This document shows positions 40,423-50,554 of a DNA stretch of 64,000 nt, in pieces. The stretch's first letter is position 1; each line of letters opens with the position of its first letter. The notes beneath the pieces were generated by a model that was not told the DNA's origin, made no database searches, and saw only the letters and a program-made list of their open reading frames with translations. The position numbers and the translations under genes are program-made. The DNA lies in contig CAKKNE010000001.1 in the NCBI GenBank assembly GCA_918797485.1, forward strand, positions 1,922,001 through 1,986,000, given 5' to 3'. This DNA is from Pelagomonas calceolata. Lineage: Eukaryota.

Positions 40423-41889
40423 ATGTCCATCTCCCCGACCGGCCGCTCGAACCCCGAGCGGCACCACCCGACCGACGAGCAGCGCCTCGCGTCCTTACAA
40501 AGCGAGTTCGGCGTCAGCCCGCCGGGTTCATTGAGAGGCGACGGCTCGGATGATGATATTATGCAACCGCTGCCCCAAAGGCCCAGCACGACGTTACTCC
40601 AAGTGCAGGACGCTCTAAGAGATGCGCTCCCGGAGTCGCCGGACATGATCCGGGCAAGGCACGACGCCCTCGCGGCGAAGATTAGGTTAGATCAGCTTTC
40701 CGAGCGACGCCCGAGATGCGTGTCGCACAGCTCAGCGATGGACGACTCGAGCCATTCCTGCGCGCAAGTGTCCATGGACGAGAGTAGGACGCGCTTCGAC
40801 AAGGTGCAAGAGGAGGAACCTGATTCGTGGGAGGGCGCCGCGCGCATCTATGAATACGGCTCGGCGGCCAATCCGGAGCTCCCGAAGGTTCCTGTGGTTG
40901 TGCACCCGGCGTCGCTGCACGAGTCCGGTGCTACACGAGTTATTCCCTTTGATTTGTCGGAGTTACTGGGTGGCCAGGGCCCTTGTACCTCGCCGAACCT
41001 CATGGCGTCCTACATCCGTATCATAACAGGAGAGTCCATCACGACCCAAGCCAAGGCCACGTCCCAGGCGTATTATGTGATTCGAGGGTCCGGAAGCACC
41101 TCTTCAGAACACGGCGTCGTCAAGTGGGCCACGGGCGACCTCTTTGTAGTGCCAAAAACGGAGGGCCAGCTCCACCACACGTGTTCGGCCGCCGAAGCAC
41201 ACAACGGCGCTGCGTTGTACTGGATCCACGACCAGCCTTTATTGGATTACCTCGGGGTCAAGCCGGACGAAGTGAAGTTCCCTCCCGCATTGTTCACCCG
41301 TAGTAAATTGCTGGAGACGGTCGAGGAGATCCGCCATGGACCGGGCATGGAGCACGCGAATCGGTTAGGTGTTTTATTAGGCAACGCGTCCACCGAAAAG
41401 ACCACCAAGACCTTGACACATGTGATGTGGTCTCTCTTGAATAGCATAGGCCCGCACACGGTCCAGAAGCCTCATAGACACAATTCGGTAGCTTTAGATA
41501 TGGCCGTCGCGGCGCCCTGGCCGCACGGGAAAGTTTATACGTTGATGGGTAGGGAATTAGATGCCAATGGTAATGTCGTCGATCCCATTCGAGTGGACTG
41601 GGCCGACGGCTCGGTCTTCGTCACGCCGCCGGGCTGGTGGCACTCGCACCATAATGAGTCAGATGCGACGGCCTGGGTTTTACCTATACAGGATGCAGGC
41701 TTGTACACCCATCAACGCACGTTAGACATCCGTTTCGCGGACGATGAAATCGCATTGCACCGCGAGGGGCGCATCCGCGGCACGGCGTTCAACATCACGA
41801 ACAAGCAGTACCTCGAGGTCGTGTCGACGCACCAGGCGCAGCTCGATGCGGCGGACAACGACGTGCCGAACTTCAACTACGGCCTTTGA
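40423..41889 (+). CDS. Bicupin, gentisate-1,2-dioxygenase-like
   Basis: YYVIRGSG..WATGDLFVVP; QKPHRHNS; FVTPPGWWHSHHN. Confidence 0.85.
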   Translation: MSISPTGRSNPERHHPTDEQRLASLQSEFGVSPPGSLRGDGSDDDIMQPLPQRPSTTLLQVQDALRDALPESPDMIRARHDALAAKIRLDQLSERRPRCVSHSSAMDDSSHSCAQVSMDESRTRFDKVQEEEPDSWEGAARIYEYGSAANPELPKVPVVVHPASLHESGATRVIPFDLSELLGGQGPCTSPNLMASYIRIITGESITTQAKATSQAYYVIRGSGSTSSEHGVVKWATGDLFVVPKTEGQLHHTCSAAEAHNGAALYWIHDQPLLDYLGVKPDEVKFPPALFTRSKLLETVEEIRHGPGMEHANRLGVLLGNASTEKTTKTLTHVMWSLLNSIGPHTVQKPHRHNSVALDMAVAAPWPHGKVYTLMGRELDANGNVVDPIRVDWADGSVFVTPPGWWHSHHNESDATAWVLPIQDAGLYTHQRTLDIRFADDEIALHREGRIRGTAFNITNKQYLEVVSTHQAQLDAADNDVPNFNYGL

Positions 41890-42091
41890 GCGCTGCGTCC
41901 TGCACATACCATCGCCGATCCACCGACCCCGCGACGGCCTTCTTTTGGCTTCCCCGCGACGACCCCCCGCCTCCGCCCAGTTTTGTACATGTCCTCGTGT
42001 AAATAGTTCTACTAGTAGTCTTGCTTTCCCTGGGGCCTTATAAGTCCCAGTGGCCTTATTCTTCAACACACTTACGCAACCGAGCACGCAG

Positions 42092-42949
42092 TCACGTGGC
42101 GGACAGTCCCGCGAGGAAGTCCACCGTCCGCGCCGGCAGGCCGCACGCGACAGCGGCGGCGCGGGCCGCGACGACTCCCTCGTCTCCGTCGCCGGCGGCG
42201 TCCTGCGCCACGTTTCTGTCGTGTCGCACGCGCACGAAGGGCACCTCCGCCGTGGCTACCGAAGCTCCGCCCTCGAGCAGCGCGTCGAGGAAGGCCAGGT
42301 CCTCCCCCAGGTCCGCGCCGTCGTCGTAGCGCGCCTTGGGCCCCCAGAGCTCGCGTTTGAACATCATCGTGCAGGGCTGCACGAAGGACCCCCCACGGTT
42401 CTCGCGGAATTCACCATCCGACACGTCGAAGCGGTAGGCCGCGTCCGCGCCGAGGAAGCACACGTCGCCGCCGCGCATGAGTTCCGCCGCTTGCGCGCGC
42501 AGCCGGTTTGGAGCAAAGTAGTCGTCGTCGTCCCACGTAGCTACGAGCTCGCCCGTGGCACGCGCGAGACAGGCGTTGCGCTTGGCGCCGAGGCGCTGGC
42601 GCGCCGCGTGCGCGAGGTAGCGCACGTTATGGACCGGTTCACCGGCGCCGTCGTCGGCCACGATGATCTCGACGCGCTCGCGCGGGTAGTCCTGGCGCGC
42701 CATGGAGACGAGTGCCTCGGCGAGGAAGTCGGCGCGGTCGCGCGTGATCGTCACGACGGAGACGGAGGGCCAGCATGCTGCGTCGGTCGGCGCGCCGCTC
42801 GTCCAGTCGTAGTCCGTGCGCGGCGCCAGGGGCGTCGCCGGCGGCGAGAGCTCGCGCCAGCCGTTGTCCTTCGTCGGGGCGCGGCGGCGGCGCTTCGGGG
42901 CGAGTAATGCGGTCGCGGCGATGGCGTGGAGGATGAGCAAGCGACGCAT
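42092..42949 (-). CDS. Glycosyltransferase family 2 with signal peptide
   Basis: VSVVTIT, EIIVADDG, LGAKRN, ATWDDDD, GEDL. Confidence 0.88.
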   Translation of the reverse strand: MRRLLILHAIAATALLAPKRRRRAPTKDNGWRELSPPATPLAPRTDYDWTSGAPTDAACWPSVSVVTITRDRADFLAEALVSMARQDYPRERVEIIVADDGAGEPVHNVRYLAHAARQRLGAKRNACLARATGELVATWDDDDYFAPNRLRAQAAELMRGGDVCFLGADAAYRFDVSDGEFRENRGGSFVQPCTMMFKRELWGPKARYDDGADLGEDLAFLDALLEGGASVATAEVPFVRVRHDRNVAQDAAGDGDEGVVAARAAAVACGLPARTVDFLAGLSAT

Positions 42950-42950
42950 A

Positions 42951-43445
42951 TTAGTAGATCTTCCACGGGTGGTCGAAGCCGACGTAGAGCAAGATCTTTT
43001 TCGCGATTTCAGCCCGGTTAGCGTCGTGTGCGCGCAGCAGTTCCGGCACCAGCTCGTTCTTAAGGTCGCGGCGCCACTTCTGAAGCGCTTTCAACTTTTT
43101 TACGTTCAATGCGGTGGTCTCTTGTTTAGTCGGTAGGCATATATCGTGCCCGCCGCGCGAGCACACTCCCCTGTTACCCACGATTTCTTGCCAACTCGCG
43201 TCGAGGGGGTGGCCGTCGAGCAGCTCCTTTCGCAAACACTCACAAATTAGCACCCGCACAACGCAATTACACGTCTCGCACCAGACACCAGGTTCGCCGG
43301 GGTTAAAAGGGCTGGCTGAAGCTGGGACAGCACCAGGGCTCGGCCAGTGTATGGGTGTATCACCACTGAGCTGTACCGTATTGTGAGACCAAGTATATAT
43401 AATTTTACTCGCGTCGTAGTAGCTGTTACAATTTGTGCAAGGCAT
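42951..43445 (-). CDS. Small Cys-rich hypothetical protein (CxxC pairs), lower GC than neighbours
   Basis: MPCTNC..WCETCNC; 164-aa ORF. Confidence 0.55.
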   Translation of the reverse strand: MPCTNCNSYYDASKIIYTWSHNTVQLSGDTPIHWPSPGAVPASASPFNPGEPGVWCETCNCVVRVLICECLRKELLDGHPLDASWQEIVGNRGVCSRGGHDICLPTKQETTALNVKKLKALQKWRRDLKNELVPELLRAHDANRAEIAKKILLYVGFDHPWKIY

Positions 43446-43490
43446 GCCCGCGCATAGACAATCGCCCCACCGTGCCGCGAGCGGCCTGCG

Positions 43491-43561
43491 GTCCAGTGCG
43501 GAGCCTTGCCTATAGGTTCCTAGCTCTAGTGTCCAGTGCGGAGCCTTGCCTAGGTTCCTAG
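43491..43561. repeat. Direct repeat with 40-bp period
   Basis: gtccagtgcggagccttgccta(ta)ggttcctag at 43491 and 43531. Confidence 0.85.
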
Positions 43562-43580
43562 TGTCTTACAGGCCGCTAGC
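43558..43580 (-). promoter_or_regulatory. Copy of recurrent CTAG-bracketed upstream motif
   Basis: ctagtgtcttacaggccgctagc, 113 nt upstream of ATG 43445(-). Confidence 0.65.
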
Positions 43581-43659
43581 GCGTTTTTAGATGGCTCTGC
43601 GCTGAGGGACCCATGCCTACGGGGTTATGTCAATCAACAAAAATAAATACAGTTACAGG

Positions 43660-44199
43660 CTACCCCGACGACGACGACGACGAAGAGGAAGAACTCGACG
43701 ACGACGACGACGAGCTGGACGACCGCCTCCGCCGCTTCTTCTTGCGAGCCTTCTCCTTCTTCTTACGTTTCCGCTTCTTCTTCTCCTTCTTCCGCCGCTT
43801 CTTCCGCTTGCGCTCGTCGCGCCTTACGTCCTCGACGAGCGCCCGGAGCGACGACGCTTCCTCGCGTGGCCGCTTCGCAAGCGCCATCGCCATGGGGTCC
43901 TCGCGCGCGATGCGCGACGCCTCCAAATCCACGTTGCCCGTCGTGGCCAGGGGACATTCTCGATCGCCCGTCCGGTGGCCGTAGGCTTTACATCTCCAGC
44001 ACTGCATCGTCTTCACCTCGAGGCCCATGGGCAGCCACAAACCCTTCGAGGGCGCATTCTTCAGGAAGTCGCGCGTGGCCTGGTTCTCGGGGAGGTCGGG
44101 AATCGCGTCCTCGGGCCGCTCCTCTTCTTTCGTCTCGTCGGCGTTGGTGCCCTCGAGGACGAATTCGTTCGTCGTGTCGGGCGGCGGGCGGGACTCCAT
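43660..44199 (-). CDS. RP9: RP9/PAP-1 splicing-associated zinc-knuckle protein
   Basis: IPDLPEN..FLKNAPSKGLWLPMGLEVKTMQCWRCKAYGHRTGDRECP; Lys- and Ser-rich tail. Confidence 0.88.
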   Translation of the reverse strand: MESRPPPDTTNEFVLEGTNADETKEEERPEDAIPDLPENQATRDFLKNAPSKGLWLPMGLEVKTMQCWRCKAYGHRTGDRECPLATTGNVDLEASRIAREDPMAMALAKRPREEASSLRALVEDVRRDERKRKKRRKKEKKKRKRKKKEKARKKKRRRRSSSSSSSSSSSSSSSSSSSG

Positions 44200-44439
44200 T
44201 ATCCAACACGCGTCGCTCCGCACGGCACAGCTACGCGCGCTTGGCTCCGCACGGCACGCCTACGCGCGCTTTCCCCAGCGCTGCGAGTTGGCTGGGTGGA
44301 GTGCTGTGAGGCTAGCAGCCTCCCCTTCTGCTCACTGATCGCACCGCTGGCTCCGGTGCGTCTGAGGCAACGCAGGTGTGCCCAAGCCGCTCTAGCACGC
44401 CGCACAAATGCGCCACTGGGCTTACGGCCGCGCTCGATA

Positions 44440-44467
44440 GCTAGCGGCATGTAAGACACTAGCAAGC
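44440..44467 (+). promoter_or_regulatory. Copy of recurrent CTAG-bracketed upstream motif (divergent promoter)
   Basis: gctagcggcatgtaagacactagcaagc between RP9 and the G-patch gene. Confidence 0.65.
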
Positions 44468-44673
44468 AGCAAGGCCGGCATTTTTTGGCAATATAACCGG
44501 CGCACGAGCTGGCCAGGACCTAAACAGCTCACCGCAGCGACGCCCCCAACGCAGCGCTTCGACATCTCGCCGCTGCACCTACGCCCGACGCCGCCAGAAA
44601 CGTAGAGTGACAGCCGCCGCTGCTGACAGCCGCCGCTGCAACGCCCCCGACGCTGCGCATATATAGAAAAACG

Positions 44674-45405
44674 ATGTCCCGCTTCGACCGCAAACCAACG
44701 AATGCGGCCGAGAAGCCGCCCACGGACGCGCCGGCCCCGGCCCAGCTCGACCCCGACCACATCGACGCGAGCAACGAGGGCTTCAAGATGCTGAAGAGCA
44801 TGGGCTGGACGGAAGGTGAAGGACTCGGCAAGCAGTCGAAGGGCGACGCTTTACCTTTATCGGAGCGCATCAGGGAGGAAGCTAGAAGGGAGGGTCTAGG
44901 TCGTAGCAAGCAAGAAGCGGAAATGCTCAGCAAGGCGACGACGCGGAAGCGCGACGAGAGTGACGACGAGGCCGCTCGTAAAAAGCGGAAAGAGGTCGGC
45001 GAGGAGCAGAAACGTAGAGACGAAGTACTGGCCGAGCAGCATCGCAATTTTTACTGTGCGTGTTGTGATAAACAATATACCACAGTATCGGAGTTCTCGG
45101 CGCACCTGTCGTCCTACGACCACCACCACCGCAAGCGCTTCGCGGAGATGCGCGAGGCCGAGAAAGCGAGGAATGCCGACGCGACGGCCGAGAAGCGGTC
45201 GAGGGAGGAGGCCAGGCGGGAGCGGGAACTACAAAAGCAGATTAGAGCTGCGGCCGCCGCGGCGCCGGCGCCGGCGCCAGCGCCGGCGCCCGCGTCGACG
45301 GGATACGCCACCGCCCCGCTGCCCGGCTTCAGCGGCTTCCAGACGAAGAAACTTCCGGGCGCCGCGCCGATCAAGTTCAGCCTGGACTTCGGTAAGAAAT
45401 TGTAG
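44674..45405 (+). CDS. G-patch + C2H2 zinc-finger protein (GPATCH8-like)
   Basis: NEGFKMLKSMGWTEGEGLGK..GLG; FYCACCDKQY..HLSSYDHHH. Confidence 0.88.
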   Translation: MSRFDRKPTNAAEKPPTDAPAPAQLDPDHIDASNEGFKMLKSMGWTEGEGLGKQSKGDALPLSERIREEARREGLGRSKQEAEMLSKATTRKRDESDDEAARKKRKEVGEEQKRRDEVLAEQHRNFYCACCDKQYTTVSEFSAHLSSYDHHHRKRFAEMREAEKARNADATAEKRSREEARRERELQKQIRAAAAAAPAPAPAPAPASTGYATAPLPGFSGFQTKKLPGAAPIKFSLDFGKKL

Positions 45406-45505
45406 TGTTGTGCACAGGCTTGGTTCTTAGACAGGGGTAGTACATTGGGGTCGGTCCTATACGCCATCGACGCGTGCAAGTCGCGCCGGCGGCGTCGAGG
45501 GGAGA

Positions 45506-46757
45506 TCAGTTGCACGTCGTGAGCGCCCTCCGGACCGCGGGCCGATGCTCCACGAGCCCCTGGCCCCCGACGCGGCCCCCCTTCCAGGACGCCCAGTGGC
45601 CGACGTCGCGGAACCGCGGCGTGCGCCAGCCGTCCATGGGCCAGAGCTCCTTGACGAGGACCGTCGCCGGCGCGAGCACGCTGAATGAAGACGCTTCCGT
45701 AGCGACGGGCAATGAGCACCAGTCGCCCTCGCCGAGCTCGTCCCCATCAATTACGACGCGGCCCTTCAGCACGAAGATTTCCTTGTGCGGCCGCAGCCAC
45801 TTGATTTCAGAATCAGATTCCCAGCGCTCGATGCGCGTCTCGATGCCATCTTTTGACAGAGACCAGACCAATCTGTTGGAGACGGCCTCCGGCGCGATGC
45901 CCGACGGCGTCAGCGTTTGAGGGTCTAATTGAATACTCCGCCCGCTCTCGGTCGAGGAGGTGGCTTGCATGAGGCCCCACCAGCAGAGGATGTCCGTCCT
46001 TTCCGAAGAGGGCTCCGTCATGGCGGCATGGTGCGTGCCGATCGGGTAGCGCACGAACGCCGGCGACTTGACATCGGGAAAGTTCGTATCACAAAAACTC
46101 CCGGAGAATACCAAGTACTCCTCGCCGCCCGGGTGGTCGTGGTACGGCAGTTGCGGCGTCCGCGGTGGATACGAGACCAAATACCGCACGCGCGGGTAGT
46201 GGACCTTCTCGCTCACGGAGGCACTGAGCCACTTCCGTTCGATGCCCGGAAAGGTATGGATATCTTCGCCAAAATCATGACATTCGTGGACCGTGTTCAG
46301 CGCGCACTGGAAGCAGTGCGCCGACGTCTCCCATTTACCCTGATTCGTTCGTACGATGTGCGTCTTCGTCGGATCCGTGTTCTTCTCGAAGTCTTCCACG
46401 GGCTCGTCGCTGCGCCACTCGCCGCCGATGGCCCATGCTTTCCGGCTTCGTTGGCTCCGCTCCCGCGAGACGCGGCGGCCTTTTATCCGCCACACCGTCC
46501 GCAGGGTTAGATTTGTCAGTCGTTGCCACCACGTCGGCTGCGCTGTTGCTGGCCACGTTGGCTGCGCTGTTGCTGGCCGCATTTCGGCGCACTTTTGGCA
46601 CAATACATGGTCTTCGCACCCACTGGATGTCCCTGTCTGTGGTTCTGTCAGCAGTTCTGTCGGTTCTGTTTTCTTTTCGATACTTCGCGGCTGCCCCGCG
46701 GGCCACGAGACGTCGCTGGCGTTGCCGCGCGGCGTACCGTAACCACCTTTGCCCATG
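45506..46757 (-). CDS. ChrR-like tandem cupin protein
   Basis: LPYHDHPGGEEYLVFSGSF, RYPIGTHHA, EIFVLKG; start uncertain; 24-bp tandem repeat (PATAQPTW)x2 near 46529-46577. Confidence 0.75.
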
Positions 46758-46871
46758 CTTGCTGATGTGCTGTGCTCTGCACAATTTTTCAAGGCACGAC
46801 ATCGGCGCCGCGAATTTTACCGGCGTGCGGCCCAGGCGCGCCAGGGCCCAGCCTAGGTATATATCAGGCAT

Positions 46872-49529
46872 TTAACTTCTAACTCGCGGCAGGGACACAA
46901 TCTGGAGCTCCAAGTCCCCCTCCGTGCGAATCGTGACGGACACCTTTCCCACGACGGCGAGGCGGTAGAGGTTCATGCCGGGCACGTCGAGGGTCGGCGA
47001 CGTCATGCGCTCGAAGAGCGTCGGCCCCGTGAAGCCGAGCCGGAACAGCAGCGCGACGAGCGCCGCCGCGTTCTTCCCGTAGACCTCCGCCCAGTGGCTG
47101 ACCTCTGGGGGATTCACCCAGGCTTCGGCGATCAGCACGCCTATGTCCTCGTCGCAGGCGCTGATCTTGATTTCGAGGCCGTCGAAGCAGTGGCAGGGGT
47201 TCTGCGTCAGGGCGCTCCCCGTCAGCTCCCGGGGCACGTCCGCGAAGCAGTATTCGCGGTCGCGGAAGTGTTGCACGCCCTCAGTGAGCTCGACCATTGG
47301 GAGTGGACCGACGGCCCAGTCCTTATTGCCCTTCGTCACTTCGGCGACGCACGACGTCAGCACTGCCTCGCTGTAAAGGAGCACATTGAACTCCGCAAGA
47401 CCCGCTACACCGAATTTGACCACACGGCGACCAGCGACGGGCAGTTTCCAGATGTCAGCGCCCGCCTCGTCGGCCTCGAACGCGTCCGACGTCAGCCAAT
47501 GAAACGTAGTCCGTACGAACCCGAGGTCGGCGAGCTCGGTCTCGAGCGCCGACGTCGTCTCGTGGTATTTCCGCCTGTTCGCGTGGAAAATGAGCACACC
47601 GACGCAGTCGTCGCTCACAGCGACCTCAATCGACACGCCGGCGCCGGTGTTCCGCTGGTTGCTCGTGATAATGCCGCGGAGCGTCGTCGGCACACCCCGC
47701 AGCCGGCACACGTGTGGGTTCAAGATGTATGGGACACCATCCTCCAGCGGCACGGTCGGCACCAGGCTCGGCGGCCGCGACGCGCGCGCCGCCTCGACGC
47801 TCTTGATGGTGCTGAGGCCCGCGTCCGTGAGCGAAGCGAGGATCTTGGGGTGCTTCTGCATTGCCGTTTGATCTAGTTTTGTGAGCAGCTCGCGCGGCAC
47901 GTCGGGCTTGTAGTCGAGCAGCCGCTCGAGCGCCTCCTGCTCACAATGCGTGGCCGCCGCCTCGAGCGCGGACTGGCCGCCCTTGTCGCGGCTGTTCGGG
48001 TCGGCGTAGCCGCGGAGCTCCCGGACGAGCTTTCCTACGTTACCGGTCGCAGCGTAGTCCACGAGCGGGCGGCTCGGCTTCAGCAACTTTTTGAGGTGTT
48101 CGTCGACAACGGCCCGCGCCGCGCGGATTCGCTCCACCCCGCACACCTGCGCCAGCGTCGAGAGAGCCCGCGCGGCCGACTCCGGCGGTCGCGTCCAGAG
48201 CATGAGGTAGCCAGCCACGAGGGCCGTCTGCCCTTCGTCGTTCTGCGCATCGAGGTCGAGGTAGTCGGCCGCCTTGTCCACCAGCACCCAGACACACCGC
48301 TCGTGGCCCGCGAAGACCGCGGCATGCAGGACCGTCTCGTTTTTGCAGGCCGGGTCGCGCGCGTTCGCGTCGGCGCCGTGGAGCAGGAACGCGTGGAGGA
48401 TGTCGGCGTACCCGGCCCGCGCGGCCTGGTGCAGGAGCGTCGTGGCGTCGTCACCCCGCAGCAGCCGTTGCAACGCCGCAGCGCCGTCGTCGCCCGCGCT
48501 CGCGCGCCCGAGGTGCTCCCGGCCGAACTCCAGCGCGCTCACGACGCGCTCGAGGTCGCCCTTGGCCACGGCCGCGCGCAGCTCGCGGACGACCTCGAAG
48601 TCGCGGTGGCCCGTAGTCATCTTCGCACGGTTCATCGCGCGCGTGCTGAGCTGGAGCTCGCACATGTGCCGCTCGAAGCACACCACGAGCTGGACGTCCC
48701 GGTACCCGCCCGCCAGGGGGCGCTGGTAGCGGTCATTGAGCTCCTTGATGTCCGTCCCGAAGCGTGCGACGATGTGTTCCAGGCCGCCATATAAAGCCCC
48801 CAGGTCCTCGTACTCGATCGTCGCTCTCACTAAATCGGTCAGCCGGTACCAGGCCACGTCGCGGTCTCCGGACGCGCCGGCGTCCGCGTACTTAAATAAG
48901 GCCTTCATGCGCGCGCGTACCTCGCCCTTCACCGGCGGCACGACCGCGGCACCGCCCGTCGCTTCCGCGAGCGCCCGCACGACGTCGTCGAACCGGGCAT
49001 GAACGACGTTCGCCCGCTCGTAGAGCTCTTCGAGCGTTTTCACGAAGTGTTGGTTGACGAGCCGCGTCGAGAAGCCCATGCGCCGCCCGTAGTCTCGCGG
49101 GAGCAGGCGCCGGAGCTCCTCGTCGAGTTCCGCGTCCGCTACCGACGCCGCGAGCTGCTTGCTGACCGTCGCGTACCGCTGGAGTTCGGCCGCGCCGCCG
49201 ATCGCCGCGAAGGCCTCGTCGTACGTGATCGGTTCGACCGCCTCGGCCTGCGCCGGCGCCGGGACCGAGTTCTTCTTCTCCCGCTGCCGCACGGAGAGCC
49301 GCCGGAGAATGCCCATGACGCGGGGGCTGATACCGGACGTTGGGGATACCGGATGCGTATCAAAATCTGGATCCGCATCCACGCCCTCGCGCCGCAGGGT
49401 GGCAAGCTCTGTCCGCACGGCATCGAGCTCCTCCTTGACCGCCAGCAGCTCGGCTTTTTGCTCGGTGACGGCAGTCGCGAGGCGTGACACCTCATCCACC
49501 GAAGCAGACGAGGACAATTGCGCTCCCAT
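46872..49529 (-). CDS. Myristoylated RelA/SpoT-like nucleotidyltransferase + ankyrin repeats + duplicated C-terminal domain
   Basis: MGAQLSS; VKGEVRARMK, LTDLVRATI, GGYRDVQL, CELQLST; TLLHQAA, ETVLHAA, GQTAL, GQSALEAA ankyrin motifs. Confidence 0.85.
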   Translation of the reverse strand: MGAQLSSSASVDEVSRLATAVTEQKAELLAVKEELDAVRTELATLRREGVDADPDFDTHPVSPTSGISPRVMGILRRLSVRQREKKNSVPAPAQAEAVEPITYDEAFAAIGGAAELQRYATVSKQLAASVADAELDEELRRLLPRDYGRRMGFSTRLVNQHFVKTLEELYERANVVHARFDDVVRALAEATGGAAVVPPVKGEVRARMKALFKYADAGASGDRDVAWYRLTDLVRATIEYEDLGALYGGLEHIVARFGTDIKELNDRYQRPLAGGYRDVQLVVCFERHMCELQLSTRAMNRAKMTTGHRDFEVVRELRAAVAKGDLERVVSALEFGREHLGRASAGDDGAAALQRLLRGDDATTLLHQAARAGYADILHAFLLHGADANARDPACKNETVLHAAVFAGHERCVWVLVDKAADYLDLDAQNDEGQTALVAGYLMLWTRPPESAARALSTLAQVCGVERIRAARAVVDEHLKKLLKPSRPLVDYAATGNVGKLVRELRGYADPNSRDKGGQSALEAAATHCEQEALERLLDYKPDVPRELLTKLDQTAMQKHPKILASLTDAGLSTIKSVEAARASRPPSLVPTVPLEDGVPYILNPHVCRLRGVPTTLRGIITSNQRNTGAGVSIEVAVSDDCVGVLIFHANRRKYHETTSALETELADLGFVRTTFHWLTSDAFEADEAGADIWKLPVAGRRVVKFGVAGLAEFNVLLYSEAVLTSCVAEVTKGNKDWAVGPLPMVELTEGVQHFRDREYCFADVPRELTGSALTQNPCHCFDGLEIKISACDEDIGVLIAEAWVNPPEVSHWAEVYGKNAAALVALLFRLGFTGPTLFERMTSPTLDVPGMNLYRLAVVGKVSVTIRTEGDLELQIVSLPRVRS

Positions 49530-49675
49530 TGTGCTCTTTGTGGCTGCCCAAGTGGGCCTGAGAGCGACGGAACCCGCACGGCCGGGCCTCGGGGATTCGG
49601 GGTTTGTCGGAGCTAGCGCATGGTTGTATACTAAAAGACAACATTATAACAAACTACAAGAAAGCGCCAGGACCA

Positions 49676-50215
49676 CTAGATGTCCGGGTCCTCGGGGATC
49701 ACGAACTTCGCATCTCTCAATTCGGGCGACACCTTGATCTGGCAGCATAAACGACTGGTGTCTTCCAGCCCCCAGGCGAGATCGAGCATGTCCTCCTCCT
49801 CCTCGTCGGGGGGCTCCAGGGCGTCGTAGAGCTCCTGCTCGAGGATGACGTGGCACGTGGAGCACGCCAGCTCGCCGCCGCAGGCCGCCTCGATGTCGAC
49901 GTCGTGGTCGAGCGCCGCCTCCAGGACCGTCTTGCCGACCTCCGCTTCGACTTCTATGGTCTGGCCGTCGCGGCTGTCGACGAAGGCGAGGGGCACGGTC
50001 GCGTCGGCGAAGCGGCGCCTCGCGCTATGCTGCATTGTGAAGCGCTGCGCCGGCGCATGCGTGCGTCCCCGCGCCGCATCCGTGCGCAGCGCCCTCGCGG
50101 CGACACGCATGACATTGTGGTGTGGCCTGACACGCTGCAGCGCGCTGGTGAGCGGTCGCGCCGCCTTTACTCGGTCTGGACCGAACCGGCGGCATAAATG
50201 CTTTGTCGTGAGCAT
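49676..50215 (-). CDS. Mitochondrial adrenodoxin-type 2Fe-2S ferredoxin
   Basis: EAACGGELACSTCHV, EEEDMLD, SRLCCQ; Arg-rich presequence. Confidence 0.92.
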   Translation of the reverse strand: MLTTKHLCRRFGPDRVKAARPLTSALQRVRPHHNVMRVAARALRTDAARGRTHAPAQRFTMQHSARRRFADATVPLAFVDSRDGQTIEVEAEVGKTVLEAALDHDVDIEAACGGELACSTCHVILEQELYDALEPPDEEEEDMLDLAWGLEDTSRLCCQIKVSPELRDAKFVIPEDPDI

Positions 50216-50273
50216 TTTTGGAGTGCGGACGTAACGTGTACGCCGCGTTTGAAGGGCTCGCCACGATAAAGCT

Positions 50274-50301
50274 GCTAGCGGCCTGTAACACACTAGCAAG
50301 C
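50274..50301 (+). promoter_or_regulatory. Copy of recurrent CTAG-bracketed upstream motif (divergent promoter)
   Basis: gctagcggcctgtaacacactagcaagc. Confidence 0.65.
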
Positions 50302-50554
50302 AAAAAAAAATCCTCGAGTTTTGCTGGTAATTGGCTAAGCGCTGCCTCTGAGCACCCACCGCTCGTCGCAGCACCTACGTGGCTTGCTGAGCCCAATCAC
50401 CAACGCGTCGCGAGGCCTTGTATGCGTACGCTTCGCCGTAGACGCAAGAGCGCCGAAGGCGCATAGCACCCGAACGCGGCCAAATTGCACCGCGCGTACG
50501 CCGTCGACGCGCGCGCGCGAAGACGCAAGGACACAGAAACAACAACAGCAACAA

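Noticed and set aside
43660..43720. GAC trinucleotide repeat
   Set aside because: Encodes the Ser-rich tail of RP9
50216..50554. Upstream extensions of the ferredoxin and PH ORFs from non-ATG starts
   Set aside because: They overlap each other across a divergent promoter; downstream ATGs have better context
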